NCBI GenBank assembly: GCA_964422035.1 | Contig: CAYQZQ010000001.1 | Coordinates: 587,786 to 651,785 of the forward strand | Direction: 5' to 3' | DNA from: an uncultured Pseudomonadales bacterium | GTDB taxonomy: Bacteria; Patescibacteriota; Microgenomatia; UBA1400; Chazhemtobacteraceae | Length of the DNA: 64,000 nucleotides | Made by a program: the position numbers and the translations under genes | The notes under the pieces: generated by a model | Seen by the model: the letters and a program-made list of their open reading frames with translations, nothing else | The model's database searches: none | What the model was told of the DNA's origin: nothing | Part shown: positions 8,959 through 19,465 of the stretch, piece after piece | Layout: the number at the start of each line of letters is the position of its first letter | Numbering within the stretch: position 1 is the stretch's first letter

Positions 8959-10015
8959 GGTTATTTTGGATATATTGGTGAAGAGCTTGCCAGTTATTAT
9001 CTCGAGGAATAAGGACCCATTGACCATCATAAGGGGCTTGATTAGTGGGGTGTTCTAAAATGCCTAATTCATTTTCTTGAGATTTTACAACTAACGGGAT
9101 CGAGCTTATGGATTTTGTATCAGCCATGAGAGTTAGACGAGCAAAAGCAGGGTATTCTGTCTGAGGAATGTCAGTGGTGATGTATTTTTGATATAAACCG
9201 AAGAGTTGGGAAATTTTTTGTGGTTTAAGTAAGGTTTTTTGAGAGAGAATTTTTTCTACAAAAGCCATGAGGACTTGTTGCTGGCGACGAGTGCGGGCAA
9301 AATCTGTTCCTTCCTCTCCTTGTGCATTGCGAGATCTGACGTATTTGAGAGCTCTGTCTCCGCTCATGATTTGTAGTCCGGCATCAAAATGAAGATGTTG
9401 ATAACGAGTACTCTCTGGATAGGCGTTTTCCATGCCGGGAATGGGGTATTTGTAGTCATCAAATGAGTTTTTAACATCGATATCAATACCTTCGACTAGA
9501 TCGATAGCTTTGGTAAAACCTTCAAAGTCTAGAGCAAAAGCGTAGTGAACTGGCAGTCCAGTTACCTCAGCAACTGAAGATTTGGCAAGAGTTAGCCCTT
9601 CACCTTGTTTTTTTTGCTCTCCGTAATAATAAGTGGCGTTTATTTTTGTCTTTAGAGAATCGACCCAAATGTCGCGAGGAATAGAGATCAAAGTGATCTT
9701 ACGACTGGGATGATGATAGGAAATAAGAAGAATGGAATCTGTTAAAAGCCTGCCTTGATGTCCCTCTCCTCCCATGCCCAGAAGTAGAACGTTAGTGTGG
9801 TCATTTGTGGTACGCAGTGTACTGGCAGGATTTTTAGTGATTGAGATAGCAGTGCTTGGTCCCTGCAACAAATTGTGAAAAAAATTTAAGGCTGGAGAAG
9901 AAAGGGAGTAAAAAATAAAAAGAACCACTCCTGTAAAGAGGATTAAGAAGGTGGTCTTAATTACTGGCAAGTGTTTGCCGAGCTTGCGTTGAATTTTTGA
10001 GATAAAACTACTCAC
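8948..10015 (-). CDS. LytR-CpsA-Psr (LCP) family phosphotransferase
   Basis: NVLLLG, TDSI, SIPRD, KINA, ALKYVRSR, DFARxRRQQ motifs; N-terminal TM. Confidence 0.92.
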   Translation of the reverse strand: MSSFISKIQRKLGKHLPVIKTTFLILFTGVVLFIFYSLSSPALNFFHNLLQGPSTAISITKNPASTLRTTNDHTNVLLLGMGGEGHQGRLLTDSILLISYHHPSRKITLISIPRDIWVDSLKTKINATYYYGEQKKQGEGLTLAKSSVAEVTGLPVHYAFALDFEGFTKAIDLVEGIDIDVKNSFDDYKYPIPGMENAYPESTRYQHLHFDAGLQIMSGDRALKYVRSRNAQGEEGTDFARTRRQQQVLMAFVEKILSQKTLLKPQKISQLFGLYQKYITTDIPQTEYPAFARLTLMADTKSISSIPLVVKSQENELGILEHPTNQAPYDGQWVLIPRDNNWQALHQYIQNNLNQ

Positions 10016-10670
10016 GAGAGACTATTTTAGCAAACTTAATAGGATCGAGACTGGCTGAGCCGACCAAAACTCCATTTATATGTGGTTGAGAAAGAAAAGT
10101 ATCAACGTTTTGATCATCGACTGAGCCACCGTATAAGACATCGGGGGAAGAAGTAAGCTGATTGATCTGTCGAGCAACCTGGTTGGCTTGTAGGGGGTCT
10201 TCTGGTTTGTCAGAGCCTATTGCAGAAGCAGGTTCATAGGCATATATCAGATTACTTAGGTCTACAGAGCTGTCTTTTAAAGATTTGATCTGAGATTCTA
10301 AATACGGGAGATCAAGACAAACAATGGGAGTGATGTTGTTTTCAATTAATTTTTTAGCTTTGTCAACGACTTGTTCTGAATCACTGAAGGCTCTTGTTTC
10401 TGAGTGCCCTATTATGCAGAAGTTAACGAAATCTTTTATTTGCTTTGCGCTTACCTGGCCGGTGTGGGCTCCAGAAGAAAAGGGAGAGATATCCTGAGCA
10501 GTTAAGAGGAGGTTTGTTGAGTTACTAAGAGATTGGAGAAAAGGAAAAGAGGGAGATATGATAATTTTTTGGTCATCTTGTGGGATAAAGTTTTTATTAA
10601 ACTCTTCTAGCCAAGTATTCAAGTCAGATTGGGTGAAGTTTTGTTTGAAATTAGCAATGAAATAGTTCAT
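10008..10670 (-). CDS. tpiA: Triosephosphate isomerase
   Basis: ANFK, GAHTG, IGHSE, AYEP..AIG, LYGGSV, VGSASL. Confidence 0.95.
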   Translation of the reverse strand: MNYFIANFKQNFTQSDLNTWLEEFNKNFIPQDDQKIIISPSFPFLQSLSNSTNLLLTAQDISPFSSGAHTGQVSAKQIKDFVNFCIIGHSETRAFSDSEQVVDKAKKLIENNITPIVCLDLPYLESQIKSLKDSSVDLSNLIYAYEPASAIGSDKPEDPLQANQVARQINQLTSSPDVLYGGSVDDQNVDTFLSQPHINGVLVGSASLDPIKFAKIVSRE

Positions 10671-10745
10671 TAAAAAAGATATGATTTATTTAATTGGTGT
10701 TTAAGATAAAGTTTATCACGACTTCATGTTAAAGTAGACAGTTGT

Positions 10746-12635
10746 ATGAGTAACTGGGAAGAAAAACTAAATAATCAACAATTAAGGGCGGTAACACATT
10801 CTGGGAGTCCTTTGCTGGTATTGGCAGGGGCCGGATCTGGAAAAACCAGAGTATTGACCCATCGAACAGCGAGGCTTATTAAGGAAGAGGGTGTTGAGCC
10901 AGAAAGAATTTTGTTGCTGACTTTTACAAACAAAGCGGCTGATGAGATGAAGAAGAGAGTCAAAAAATTGGTGGGAAGAACTCCTGGGTTTGCGGGAACG
11001 TTCCATTCGTTTTGCGCAGGCCTTTTGAGAAGATATGGAAAAGTAGTTGGATTGGATCCTGATTTTGTAATTTATGATCAAACGGATAAACGGCAGGCTT
11101 TGAAGATGGTGATGAAGGAGTTGGATATTGACAGCAAGGTCGTAAAAGTAAGAAGTGTGAGTGCTCAGATTTCAAATGCTAAAAATGAAATGCTTTCCTG
11201 CGAGTCATATTGGGACTTGGCTCGCGGCGGATATCAAGAGCGAGTGGCAAAGATCTGGAGAGACTATCAAAAGAGGTTGAAGGATTATCAGGCGGTAGAC
11301 TTTGATGATTTATTGCTCTACGGTGTAGGGTTACTTGGTAATGAGAGGGTAAAACAACAACTGCATGATAGGTATCGATATGTACTTGTTGATGAATATC
11401 AAGATACTAATAAAGCTCAGTATGAGCTTACTAAACTACTTGTGGAAGGAAATGAAGAAGGACTGACTGTGGTGGGAGATTTTTCCCAGAGCATATATTC
11501 TTGGAGAGGAGCAGATTATAGAAACTTGGAACACCTTAATCGAGACTTTAACAACCTAGAAACTGTTGAGTTAAAACAAAATTACAGAAGCACTCAAAAT
11601 ATCTTAGATGCGGCCTATGGAGTAATTGAAAATAATAACACTCACCCTATTTTGCAACTTGAGGCGACAAAAAATGAGGGCAAAAAAATTAAGTTATATA
11701 AAGGCAAGGACGAGAAAAGTGAGGCGAGATTTATACTAGATCAAATTAGAAAAGGTGATAGTTATAAAGACTTTGCAATTTTATATCGAACTAACGCTCA
11801 ATCAAGAGCTTTGGAGGAGAGATTTATTAAAAGTGGTACTCCTTATGTATTAGTGGGGGGGACAAAATTTTACGAAAGACGCGAGATTAAAGATATTTTG
11901 GCTTATCTGAAAGTAATAGCTAACTCAAAAGACAAAGTCTCTTGGGAAAGACTAGATAAGGTCGGGAAAAGAAGAAGGCAGGCGTTTGAGGAGTGGCTTA
12001 GTCAGTTAAAAAGCAAGAAGGAGCTTAGTAAAGTAAGTAGTGAAGAGTTTATGGCAGGAGTTTTGTCTAGCACTGATTATTTATCTTTGTATGACGAGGA
12101 GGATGAGAACGACTTGATGAGGTTGGAGAATATTAAGGAGTTGGCTTCAGTGGCAAGAGAGTTTTCAGATTTAAGGGCTTTCTTGGAAAATGTGGCTTTA
12201 GTGCAAAGCGAAGCCCAGTCTGATCTGGAAGACTCGGATAAGGTAACACTGATGACTATGCATGCTGCTAAGGGGCTGGAGTTTAAAAATGTGTTTGTGG
12301 TAGGAATGGAAGAAGGATTATTTCCACATTCAAGATCCTTGGGAGAAAAACAAGAACTGGAAGAAGAGAGGCGTCTTTGTTATGTCGCCTTTACTCGAGC
12401 AGAACAGAATTTGTTTTTAACTTATACAAAAAGCAGGCTATATTTTGGTAGAAGAACTAGCAATTCTCCTAGTAGATTTTTGACTGAGACTCCACAACAC
12501 TTAATTGAGTCTGTCAATAAAAAAGGAGGCAGAAAAATTATAGGGGCTGATTATAGTGAGGAAGCACCCAAGGTTGATGATGACAAGCTACAGAGAGCTG
12601 TGGCAGAGGATTTTGAAGAGATTGATAACTGGTAA
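10746..12635 (+). CDS. pcrA: ATP-dependent DNA helicase PcrA/UvrD
   Basis: AGAGSGKT, TFTNKAA, VDEYQDTN, QSIYSWRGA, NYRST, HAAKGLEF, EEERRLCYVAFTRA. Confidence 0.93.
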   Translation: MSNWEEKLNNQQLRAVTHSGSPLLVLAGAGSGKTRVLTHRTARLIKEEGVEPERILLLTFTNKAADEMKKRVKKLVGRTPGFAGTFHSFCAGLLRRYGKVVGLDPDFVIYDQTDKRQALKMVMKELDIDSKVVKVRSVSAQISNAKNEMLSCESYWDLARGGYQERVAKIWRDYQKRLKDYQAVDFDDLLLYGVGLLGNERVKQQLHDRYRYVLVDEYQDTNKAQYELTKLLVEGNEEGLTVVGDFSQSIYSWRGADYRNLEHLNRDFNNLETVELKQNYRSTQNILDAAYGVIENNNTHPILQLEATKNEGKKIKLYKGKDEKSEARFILDQIRKGDSYKDFAILYRTNAQSRALEERFIKSGTPYVLVGGTKFYERREIKDILAYLKVIANSKDKVSWERLDKVGKRRRQAFEEWLSQLKSKKELSKVSSEEFMAGVLSSTDYLSLYDEEDENDLMRLENIKELASVAREFSDLRAFLENVALVQSEAQSDLEDSDKVTLMTMHAAKGLEFKNVFVVGMEEGLFPHSRSLGEKQELEEERRLCYVAFTRAEQNLFLTYTKSRLYFGRRTSNSPSRFLTETPQHLIESVNKKGGRKIIGADYSEEAPKVDDDKLQRAVAEDFEEIDNW

Positions 12636-12660
12636 ATAGGTTTGTTGATAAAATACATAT

Positions 12661-13671
12661 ATGATTAGAAAAATAAAAGAGAGGGAAAGAGAAGAATTTA
12701 ATAAGCTCGCCAGTCATCCTTTACAGGCTTGGGAGTGGGGGGAGTTCCGTAAGGAAACTGATATTGCAGTACTAAGGTTGGGTCGATATGAGAGTGATCA
12801 GTTGATTGAAACAGCTCAGATTACCTTTCACAAGATTCCTAGACTACCCTGGTCTGTGGGATATTGGCCGAAGGGAAAAATTCCAAGCAAGCAGATGATT
12901 GAGGCAGTCAAAAAAGAAGCAGAAGTGCATAAGGCAATAATGATCAAGTTGGAGCCAAATATCTTAGCAGAGGAGGGCAAGAGTAAGATAGATGAGCTTA
13001 AGAAGGATTTTAGATTAGTTGAAGGCAGGTCACTGTTTACCAAATGGAGTTTTTGGCTGGATCTTAAAAAAGACACTGAAGATATTTTGATGGATATGAA
13101 GAATAAAACACGTTACAACATCCGGTACGCAGATCGGCAAGGAGTTGAAGTGGTTAGAGATAATTCTTGGGAAAGCTTTGATAAATACTGGCGACTGATG
13201 AAAAGAACTATGGATCGACAGAACTTTTATGCTCATGATAAGGAATATCACAAATTGATGTTTAAAAACCTAAAGGGGGAAATAGCGCAATTGTTTAGAG
13301 CTGAGTACAATGGAGAAACACTAACAGCTTGGGTTGTGTTTGTTTTAAATGGTGTTCTTTATTACCCATATGGAGCTTCGACTCGCAAGCATAGAAATGT
13401 ACAAGCTTCGTCGCGAATGACTTGGGAGGTTATAAAGTTTGGCAAGGATCGAGGTTGCACTTTGTTTGATATGTGGGGCAGCCCTGGACCAAAACCAGAA
13501 AAAAGTGATCCGTGGTATGGTTTTTGGAGGTTTAAAAAAGGATTTGGGGCAAGGATTGTAGAGTTTGTCGGCAGCTGGGATCTGGTTTTGAGTCCATTTT
13601 TATATTCAATCTATCGGATTGGAAATACTACAAGATGGAAGATTTTGCGCTGGAAAGCTAAGCTGAAATAA
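12661..13671 (+). CDS. FemAB/FemX-family peptidoglycan bridge aminoacyltransferase
   Basis: HPLQAWEWGEF, KTRYNIR, YYPYGAS, FDMWG, RFKKGFG. Confidence 0.88.
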   Translation: MIRKIKEREREEFNKLASHPLQAWEWGEFRKETDIAVLRLGRYESDQLIETAQITFHKIPRLPWSVGYWPKGKIPSKQMIEAVKKEAEVHKAIMIKLEPNILAEEGKSKIDELKKDFRLVEGRSLFTKWSFWLDLKKDTEDILMDMKNKTRYNIRYADRQGVEVVRDNSWESFDKYWRLMKRTMDRQNFYAHDKEYHKLMFKNLKGEIAQLFRAEYNGETLTAWVVFVLNGVLYYPYGASTRKHRNVQASSRMTWEVIKFGKDRGCTLFDMWGSPGPKPEKSDPWYGFWRFKKGFGARIVEFVGSWDLVLSPFLYSIYRIGNTTRWKILRWKAKLK

Positions 13672-13675
13672 CAAG

Positions 13676-14500
13676 ATGGTTGACTTAAGGCAAAGTGATT
13701 TATATGCTCATTATCAAGAATTGAGGGACTGGGAGGTATCAGAGGTTTTTGATAAGAAAGGTAAAGCTGTGCAGGTGTTTATCAAACACATGCCGGTGGT
13801 GAAAGTTTCTGTGCTTAAGTGCCAGAGATTTGAAAGAGTGCCTGACTGGAGTTTGTTTAAGAAGTTTAAAAAGAAGAATAGAGTTGTATATACAGTTTTG
13901 GAGCCTTTGGGCGGAAGTAGGGAAAACTACCAGAGAGAGGGTTATAAAGTTAATAAGAACTCTTATCTTCCTACTCAGACAGTGGTGATTTCTTTAAATA
14001 AAGAAAGGGACTGTTTGTGGAATGATTTGTCAAAAGATGCGAGAAAAACTATCAATGATAGTAGGGTGGAAATTAGAAAATTAGATGGCAAAGCTGAAAG
14101 GAATGATTTTTGGAAAAAATGGAATAGTGAAAGTAAAATTATTACTCCCAGTTGGAAAAGTTTTCAGGACTTAATAGAGAGTTTTGATAAGAACATGTGG
14201 CTTATGGGCGCGTTTTTAGATAAAGAAATGGTGGCTGGCACGATAGTTTTGATTGCTGAAAGGAGAGCGTATTATTATTATGCCTGGACCAGCTTGAGAG
14301 GCCGTGAAGCGGGCGGACAATACAAGCTAGTCTGGGAAAGTATTTTGAGACTCAAAAAAGAAGATGTTGAATTTTTTGACTTAGAAGGGGTTGAGGATGA
14401 AAGATGGCCGAGAAAGAGTTGGAGAGGTTTTTCGCGTTTTAAAAGCAAATTTGGAGGTGAGAAGGTGTCTTTTTTGGGAAGTTTTTCTAAGTGGTTTTAA
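13676..14500 (+). CDS. FemAB-like GNAT protein
   Basis: DLRQS, YYYA, FDLEG, GFSRFKSKFGG. Confidence 0.75.
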   Translation: MVDLRQSDLYAHYQELRDWEVSEVFDKKGKAVQVFIKHMPVVKVSVLKCQRFERVPDWSLFKKFKKKNRVVYTVLEPLGGSRENYQREGYKVNKNSYLPTQTVVISLNKERDCLWNDLSKDARKTINDSRVEIRKLDGKAERNDFWKKWNSESKIITPSWKSFQDLIESFDKNMWLMGAFLDKEMVAGTIVLIAERRAYYYYAWTSLRGREAGGQYKLVWESILRLKKEDVEFFDLEGVEDERWPRKSWRGFSRFKSKFGGEKVSFLGSFSKWF

Positions 14501-17500
14501 TATCAGAGTTTAACTGAGGTATGCCTTTAGGCCAACAGTGATCTTTAAAATCACAGCGGGAGCACACACTTTTGTCGTCTGTCCTGGGGAAGTTTAAATC
14601 CCTGATCTGTTTAACAGCTTGTTTGATAATTTTTTTGAGCTCATCGACTTCTTGAGTTGTAATTGAGAAGTCTTCTCTACCCTCTTTATTTTCTCTGTGT
14701 GGAGCTTCGACAAAATCGAGCTGGGTGGTTTTGGCGTGAACGTTAAGGCTATTATCTAGGTCAACAAGTAGCTTGTAAAAAACTAGTTGGCGTTTTAGAT
14801 TTCCTTGTGAATTTTTGGTAGTGCCTTTAATTTGACCTCTTGTTTTGCGTTTACCGGTTTTGTAGTCAACTAAGCGAACAGTTTTTGGATTGCTGTCAAC
14901 AAGATCAATGCGATCGATTTTTCCTGAGAGCTGAATATCATCCAAAAAGACTTGGGATTTGAAACCTCCAAAATATCTTTCTACAAAGTATGCTGGGGAG
15001 AATTTTTTATGATGCAGATCATAGTAAGCGGAAAGCACTTTTTCTCCGTGTTCTAGTCGGGTGCTTAGTTCTTGTGAGGTGAGAATCTCTTGCTTAAGAG
15101 ATTCTTTGAACTGTTTTATTAAAAAAGATTTTTTGGGAGTTTTGCGGTCTTTTTTTAGTTTGGAGTGAAATTTTTCTAAGGCAGTGTGAACAGCTGTTCC
15201 AAAAGAAAGATAAGGTTGTTTTGCTTTAGGGACTTTAAGTAGATTATTAAGTTTAAATTTATAAGGACACTCAAGATATGTATTAAGGGCAGTAACAGAT
15301 AGCTTGAAATCTTTAATTATATTTTCAAGATATTGAGCTTGTTTTTTATTTATTTTGCTGGACACTGCTGGTTGTAGTAGTTTTATGAGAAGTTTTTCAA
15401 GTTGCTCTTTGTCGTAGCTGTGCTCTATTTTGTCAATAAACTTTTGAGGGATTTCACTGATAAATTGGCTGGGCACTGCTTGTCTGGTGCGACCATTTTT
15501 GTTGTATGAATCAGCATAAGTGATAGTGAGGTCTTTTTTGGCCCTGGTCATGGCAACGTAAAATAAACGCCGTTCATCTTCGATGGGGTCGTGTTGTATC
15601 TTGTCTCCTTTTTTTAGTATCTGAGGCGGCAACTTGATTAATTGTCGAATTGTTTGATTCCCCCAGTGGCCATCGATAGCTTGAAAGATAAAAACATGAT
15701 CCCATTCAAGTCCTTTGGCCTTGTGGGCAGTTGTCAAAGTCACCTGTTGTTGAGCTTGTCCAAAGTCTGGTTGAGAGATGGTTAATCGGTTCTGATGCAT
15801 AAGCTCTAGGTATTCTAGAAACTGATTGAGGTTTAGTTCGCGATGAGATTGGTTTATGTTTTTTATTTCAGAAAAGAAAGCGTTTAGATTAACCAACTGT
15901 AGCGAGGAGTTAGGTTGGTCAAGAGACCATTTTAGAAGTCCTGACTGCTCTAGTACTTTTTGAACGAATTCTGTGAAGGTGGCTTGTGAGTCCAGCTTGT
16001 GCCATGAATGAAGTTGTTTGAGGAAGTTGGTAAATTTTTCTGGATTGTTTACAATTTGAGATTGGGAGAAATCTTCTTTTGAAATTAGATCAACTAAAGT
16101 GGTTTTTTGCTGACTTGCGTTTCGGGAAAGTTTAAGGATGTCGAGAGAGTCAATATTAAAGAAGGGGTAATGGAGAACGGTAAAAAGATCAAGATCGTCT
16201 AAAGCTTGCTTGCTTTTATTTATTACTTTGAAAAGCTTGATCAGGTATTTGACGACTGTCGAGTTTAAGACGTCTTGGTTGCCTTTTAGGGAAAACGGAA
16301 TTTGATGGTGTCTTAAGATGTCTGCGAGAGGATTTAGGTCGGTGTTATTGCGAACGATGATAGATATTTGATCAGGAGAAGTCTTGTTTTTGATAAGCTG
16401 TTTAATTTTTAGAGCGATGTAGTTTTGTTCGACTAGTTGGTGATCTAGATTGACTAGGGTTATTTTTTTGTCAGGTAGATCAATTTGTGCTTCTAGTTGT
16501 CTATCTAGGTTTGCAAAAACATTCTGAAGATCAAAATCGTTGTAACTAATTAGTTGATGAGCAGCATCGAGAATTGTTTGCTGAGAGCGGTAGTTATTTT
16601 TAAGAGTAATTACTTTGGCTTTTGGATATTGATCGGTGAATTCCAAGGGGTTTTCAAGGGAGGCTCCTGCAAATCTATAGATCGATTGTTGGTCGTCACC
16701 CACTACAAATATGTTGGCTCTTTCTTCCCAGTGAGATGTGAGAAGATTTACAATCTTATTTTGAGCCGAGTTTGTATCTTGATACTCATCTACAAGGAAG
16801 TAGTGGAATCTTTCTTGAAACTGGGCTAAAAGTTCTTGATTTTCTTGAAATTTGTCTATGACAAAATTTATCATGTCGGCAAAATCGTAGCGGCCTTTGT
16901 CTTGGAGAAGTTCTCGGTATTGAAAATAGATTTTTACTAGCTCAAGGTTTTTATTTAATGTGCGGGTTTTTCTATTAAATTCTGTAGTTGAGAGATCGTC
17001 TTTTTGAGAGTTGATTTCTTCTAGTTGTTCTTTGATGATCTGTTTAAAATAAGAGGGTTCAACTGCCTCTCGCTTAAGGTCTTGTAGAGCTGAGACAATT
17101 GCTTTTGCGTAATAATAAGGAGAATTGGTGGGCTTTAATAAATCAAAACTGTTTTCATCTAAGATGGTGTGGATTATTTGAAAATGTTCAAGGTCGGTTA
17201 GAGGTTGAGCTTGGGGCGCGATAGTAAAGTAGTCAGGATAGTCTTTAATCACTTGTGAACAAAACGAATGAAAGGTTGAGATGTGAATACGATACGCAGG
17301 CTGGCCTATTAGTTTGATTAGCCTGTCTCGCATGGCGACTGCGGCTGAGTCAGTGAATGTCAAAGCTAAGATGGCTGATGGCTCGGTGTCTGTATTTAAA
17401 AGAATATTGGCAATGCGAGTGGCAACAATCTGTGTTTTGCCTGTTCCTGGACCAGCAATAACCATAACTGGTCCTTCAATGGCATCAACCGCCTGTTTTT

Positions 17501-17561
17501 GGGAAGGGTTTAGCTCTTTGTAGGCCTTTTGAAATGCGGGTGTAATTTTTTTTTCAGTCAC
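14487..17561 (-). CDS. UvrD-family helicase fused to C-terminal PD-(D/E)XK nuclease (AddA/AdnB-like)
   Basis: AGPGTGKT, VDEYQDTN, HKAKGLEW, ERRLFYVAMTRA; nuclease SVTALNTYLECP, GKIDRID, VDYKTG, QLVFY; terminal CxxCxxxxxC. Confidence 0.9.
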   Translation of the reverse strand: MTEKKITPAFQKAYKELNPSQKQAVDAIEGPVMVIAGPGTGKTQIVATRIANILLNTDTEPSAILALTFTDSAAVAMRDRLIKLIGQPAYRIHISTFHSFCSQVIKDYPDYFTIAPQAQPLTDLEHFQIIHTILDENSFDLLKPTNSPYYYAKAIVSALQDLKREAVEPSYFKQIIKEQLEEINSQKDDLSTTEFNRKTRTLNKNLELVKIYFQYRELLQDKGRYDFADMINFVIDKFQENQELLAQFQERFHYFLVDEYQDTNSAQNKIVNLLTSHWEERANIFVVGDDQQSIYRFAGASLENPLEFTDQYPKAKVITLKNNYRSQQTILDAAHQLISYNDFDLQNVFANLDRQLEAQIDLPDKKITLVNLDHQLVEQNYIALKIKQLIKNKTSPDQISIIVRNNTDLNPLADILRHHQIPFSLKGNQDVLNSTVVKYLIKLFKVINKSKQALDDLDLFTVLHYPFFNIDSLDILKLSRNASQQKTTLVDLISKEDFSQSQIVNNPEKFTNFLKQLHSWHKLDSQATFTEFVQKVLEQSGLLKWSLDQPNSSLQLVNLNAFFSEIKNINQSHRELNLNQFLEYLELMHQNRLTISQPDFGQAQQQVTLTTAHKAKGLEWDHVFIFQAIDGHWGNQTIRQLIKLPPQILKKGDKIQHDPIEDERRLFYVAMTRAKKDLTITYADSYNKNGRTRQAVPSQFISEIPQKFIDKIEHSYDKEQLEKLLIKLLQPAVSSKINKKQAQYLENIIKDFKLSVTALNTYLECPYKFKLNNLLKVPKAKQPYLSFGTAVHTALEKFHSKLKKDRKTPKKSFLIKQFKESLKQEILTSQELSTRLEHGEKVLSAYYDLHHKKFSPAYFVERYFGGFKSQVFLDDIQLSGKIDRIDLVDSNPKTVRLVDYKTGKRKTRGQIKGTTKNSQGNLKRQLVFYKLLVDLDNSLNVHAKTTQLDFVEAPHRENKEGREDFSITTQEVDELKKIIKQAVKQIRDLNFPRTDDKSVCSRCDFKDHCWPKGIPQLNSDIKTT

Positions 17562-17584
17562 TGTAAGAGATAGTATACAGGTGC

Positions 17585-18577
17585 TTATTCTTCTAAGAGA
17601 GAGTCTTGAGATGATTGAAGGGATTGAGCAGAATTGATTTTTTGACCTAATTTATTGAGATCTTGACCAGCGTTATTTGTTTGATTGTAAGCATTGGTGA
17701 CGTGACGATTTAAAGTTGAAAAAGTGTCTTCCAATTGGGAGTAATCTTTTCTCATACCTCTTAAGAGTTGAAGGACTTTTTTGGATCGGGCTTCTATTTT
17801 TTGTCCTTGAAACGAGAGCATTATAGTTTGAAGAGAGGCGTAGAGGGTGGTTGGTGAGACAGGATATACTCGCCTTTTTCTGGCATATTCAAGTGTATCG
17901 GGGTGGTTGACGATTTCATAATAGATAGATTCTGAGGGGAGATACATAAGAGCAAAATCTAGGGTTTCTTCGTCTGGTAAAACATATTTTTTGGATATAT
18001 CTCTAATGTGTTTTCTGACGTCTTTTATAAAAACCTTTTCGTATCTCTTTTTTTCTTCTTCGGTTTCTGCTTCAGCCATTTTTTGAAAGTTTTCCATGGG
18101 AAATTTGGAATCGATGGGCAAAATTCCAGCAGAGGTCTTTATGGCGGCATCTACAATGGCTCCGGATTTGAAGGTGTATTGAAGATGAAAGGCACTTTTA
18201 GGAAACATCTGAGTAATCAAATCTTTTAAGACTTCTTCTCCAATATTTCCACGTAGTTTGGGAGACTCTAGAAATTCTTGCAACTGGTGCATTGAACGAC
18301 CGATTTCACTGAAAGCTCCTGCTTCTTTTTTTAAGTCTGCCATTACTTGAGTGGTTTTCTCTAATCTTTGGTGAAGTTGACCATAGCTTTCCTGAAGGGT
18401 GCTGGTAATATTTTTGTTTTGTGAAGCAAGAGAGTCTTGCATGCTTTTAAGCCACTCAATAAGAGTTGAGTCTTGCTGGTTTTCTTGAATGGTGCTTAGT
18501 TTTTTTAATATTAGAAGGTAAAGAATTGCAAAACCAGCCATGATAGCTGCTAGTATAAGAAATGTGTCAGAGTTCAT
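17585..18577 (-). CDS. rmuC: DNA recombination protein RmuC
   Basis: PKLRGNIGE, PIDSKFP, ISKKY, TLDFALMYLPSE, SPTT. Confidence 0.92.
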   Translation of the reverse strand: MNSDTFLILAAIMAGFAILYLLILKKLSTIQENQQDSTLIEWLKSMQDSLASQNKNITSTLQESYGQLHQRLEKTTQVMADLKKEAGAFSEIGRSMHQLQEFLESPKLRGNIGEEVLKDLITQMFPKSAFHLQYTFKSGAIVDAAIKTSAGILPIDSKFPMENFQKMAEAETEEEKKRYEKVFIKDVRKHIRDISKKYVLPDEETLDFALMYLPSESIYYEIVNHPDTLEYARKRRVYPVSPTTLYASLQTIMLSFQGQKIEARSKKVLQLLRGMRKDYSQLEDTFSTLNRHVTNAYNQTNNAGQDLNKLGQKINSAQSLQSSQDSLLEE

Positions 18578-18609
18578 ATAGTTATATATTACTAGGATAA
18601 AATGGAATT

Positions 18610-18951
18610 ATGAAGAGAGGGAGAAATAATAAAAATTATTGGCCAGCTTTAGTCTTGGCGGTTTTGTGGTGGTTGCTTCTTGTGGGAGTTGTCATGTTAG
18701 TTGATCCCGAAGTGGTGGCTGATTTTCCTATATCTAATACATATTTGGTATTTTTTGTTTTGTTATTTTTGGCGGTGTTTTTCTTGGTTAGTCTTTTATT
18801 TGAGGACTCAAGGAGAGGGTTTTTGATGGCTTTATTGGTAACGGTATTAGGTTACTTGAGGTTGTGGGGATTGTGGGGGTGGGGGCCAGTGATCTTGATT
18901 TGTGGTGCTTTTATAGCTTTTGAGGTCTACTTTATAAGCAGAAAGAATTGA
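18610..18951 (+). CDS. Small multi-pass membrane protein
   Basis: 113 aa, about 4 hydrophobic segments; TAAAAT 6 nt upstream of ATG. Confidence 0.7.
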   Translation: MKRGRNNKNYWPALVLAVLWWLLLVGVVMLVDPEVVADFPISNTYLVFFVLLFLAVFFLVSLLFEDSRRGFLMALLVTVLGYLRLWGLWGWGPVILICGAFIAFEVYFISRKN

Positions 18952-18971
18952 TGTTGTCGAGGCTTTAGTAT

Positions 18972-19000
18972 TTGACAATTTTTTATAGGTGGTTTATAAC
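18972..19000 (+). promoter_or_regulatory. Sigma70 promoter of the TrpR-like gene
   Basis: TTGACA (18972-18977), 17 nt, TATAAC (18995-19000). Confidence 0.65.
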
Positions 19001-19059
19001 TTCAGTTAATCTACATTGGTAAATTGCCTGCCCAGTTCTATTAATTAAAGTGGGCAGTT

Positions 19060-19431
19060 ATGCAAAGTTCAAGTAAAAAACTAAATAAGACAATTGAGAA
19101 ACAGATTTTTAAGATGCTGAATCAAGTTTTGGCAGACGCCAGAAAAGATGATGAGGTAAAAGTGTTGTTGCAAGATCTTTTGACTGATTCTGAAAGACTA
19201 GCTATGTCGAAGCGACTGGCAATTGCCTTGTATCTTGATAAGGGTAGAAGTTACGAGAATATCAAAAAAAATTTACGTGTGAGTTCAGCAACAATTGCAG
19301 GAGTAGCTGAGCAAATGGGAAATCCTGGAATGCAGATGGCAATAAATAAGATTAAGGCAGAGCAGTGGGCTGAAGAATGGAGTAAAAAGTTGGTCAAGAT
19401 GCTGGAAAAGGTGCTACCAAAAAGCAAATAA
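19060..19431 (+). CDS. TrpR-like (YerC/YecD) HTH protein
   Basis: DLLTDSERLAMSKRLAIA..L..GRSYENIKKNLRVSSATIAGV. Confidence 0.85.
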   Translation: MQSSSKKLNKTIEKQIFKMLNQVLADARKDDEVKVLLQDLLTDSERLAMSKRLAIALYLDKGRSYENIKKNLRVSSATIAGVAEQMGNPGMQMAINKIKAEQWAEEWSKKLVKMLEKVLPKSK

Positions 19432-19465
19432 GAGATTTTAGGGAAGGAATGATAAAATTGTAGCC

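Noticed and set aside
16900-17561. Defence-system interpretation of the helicase-nuclease
   Set aside because: Housekeeping context and AddA/AdnB-like architecture favour DNA repair; no defence partners adjacent
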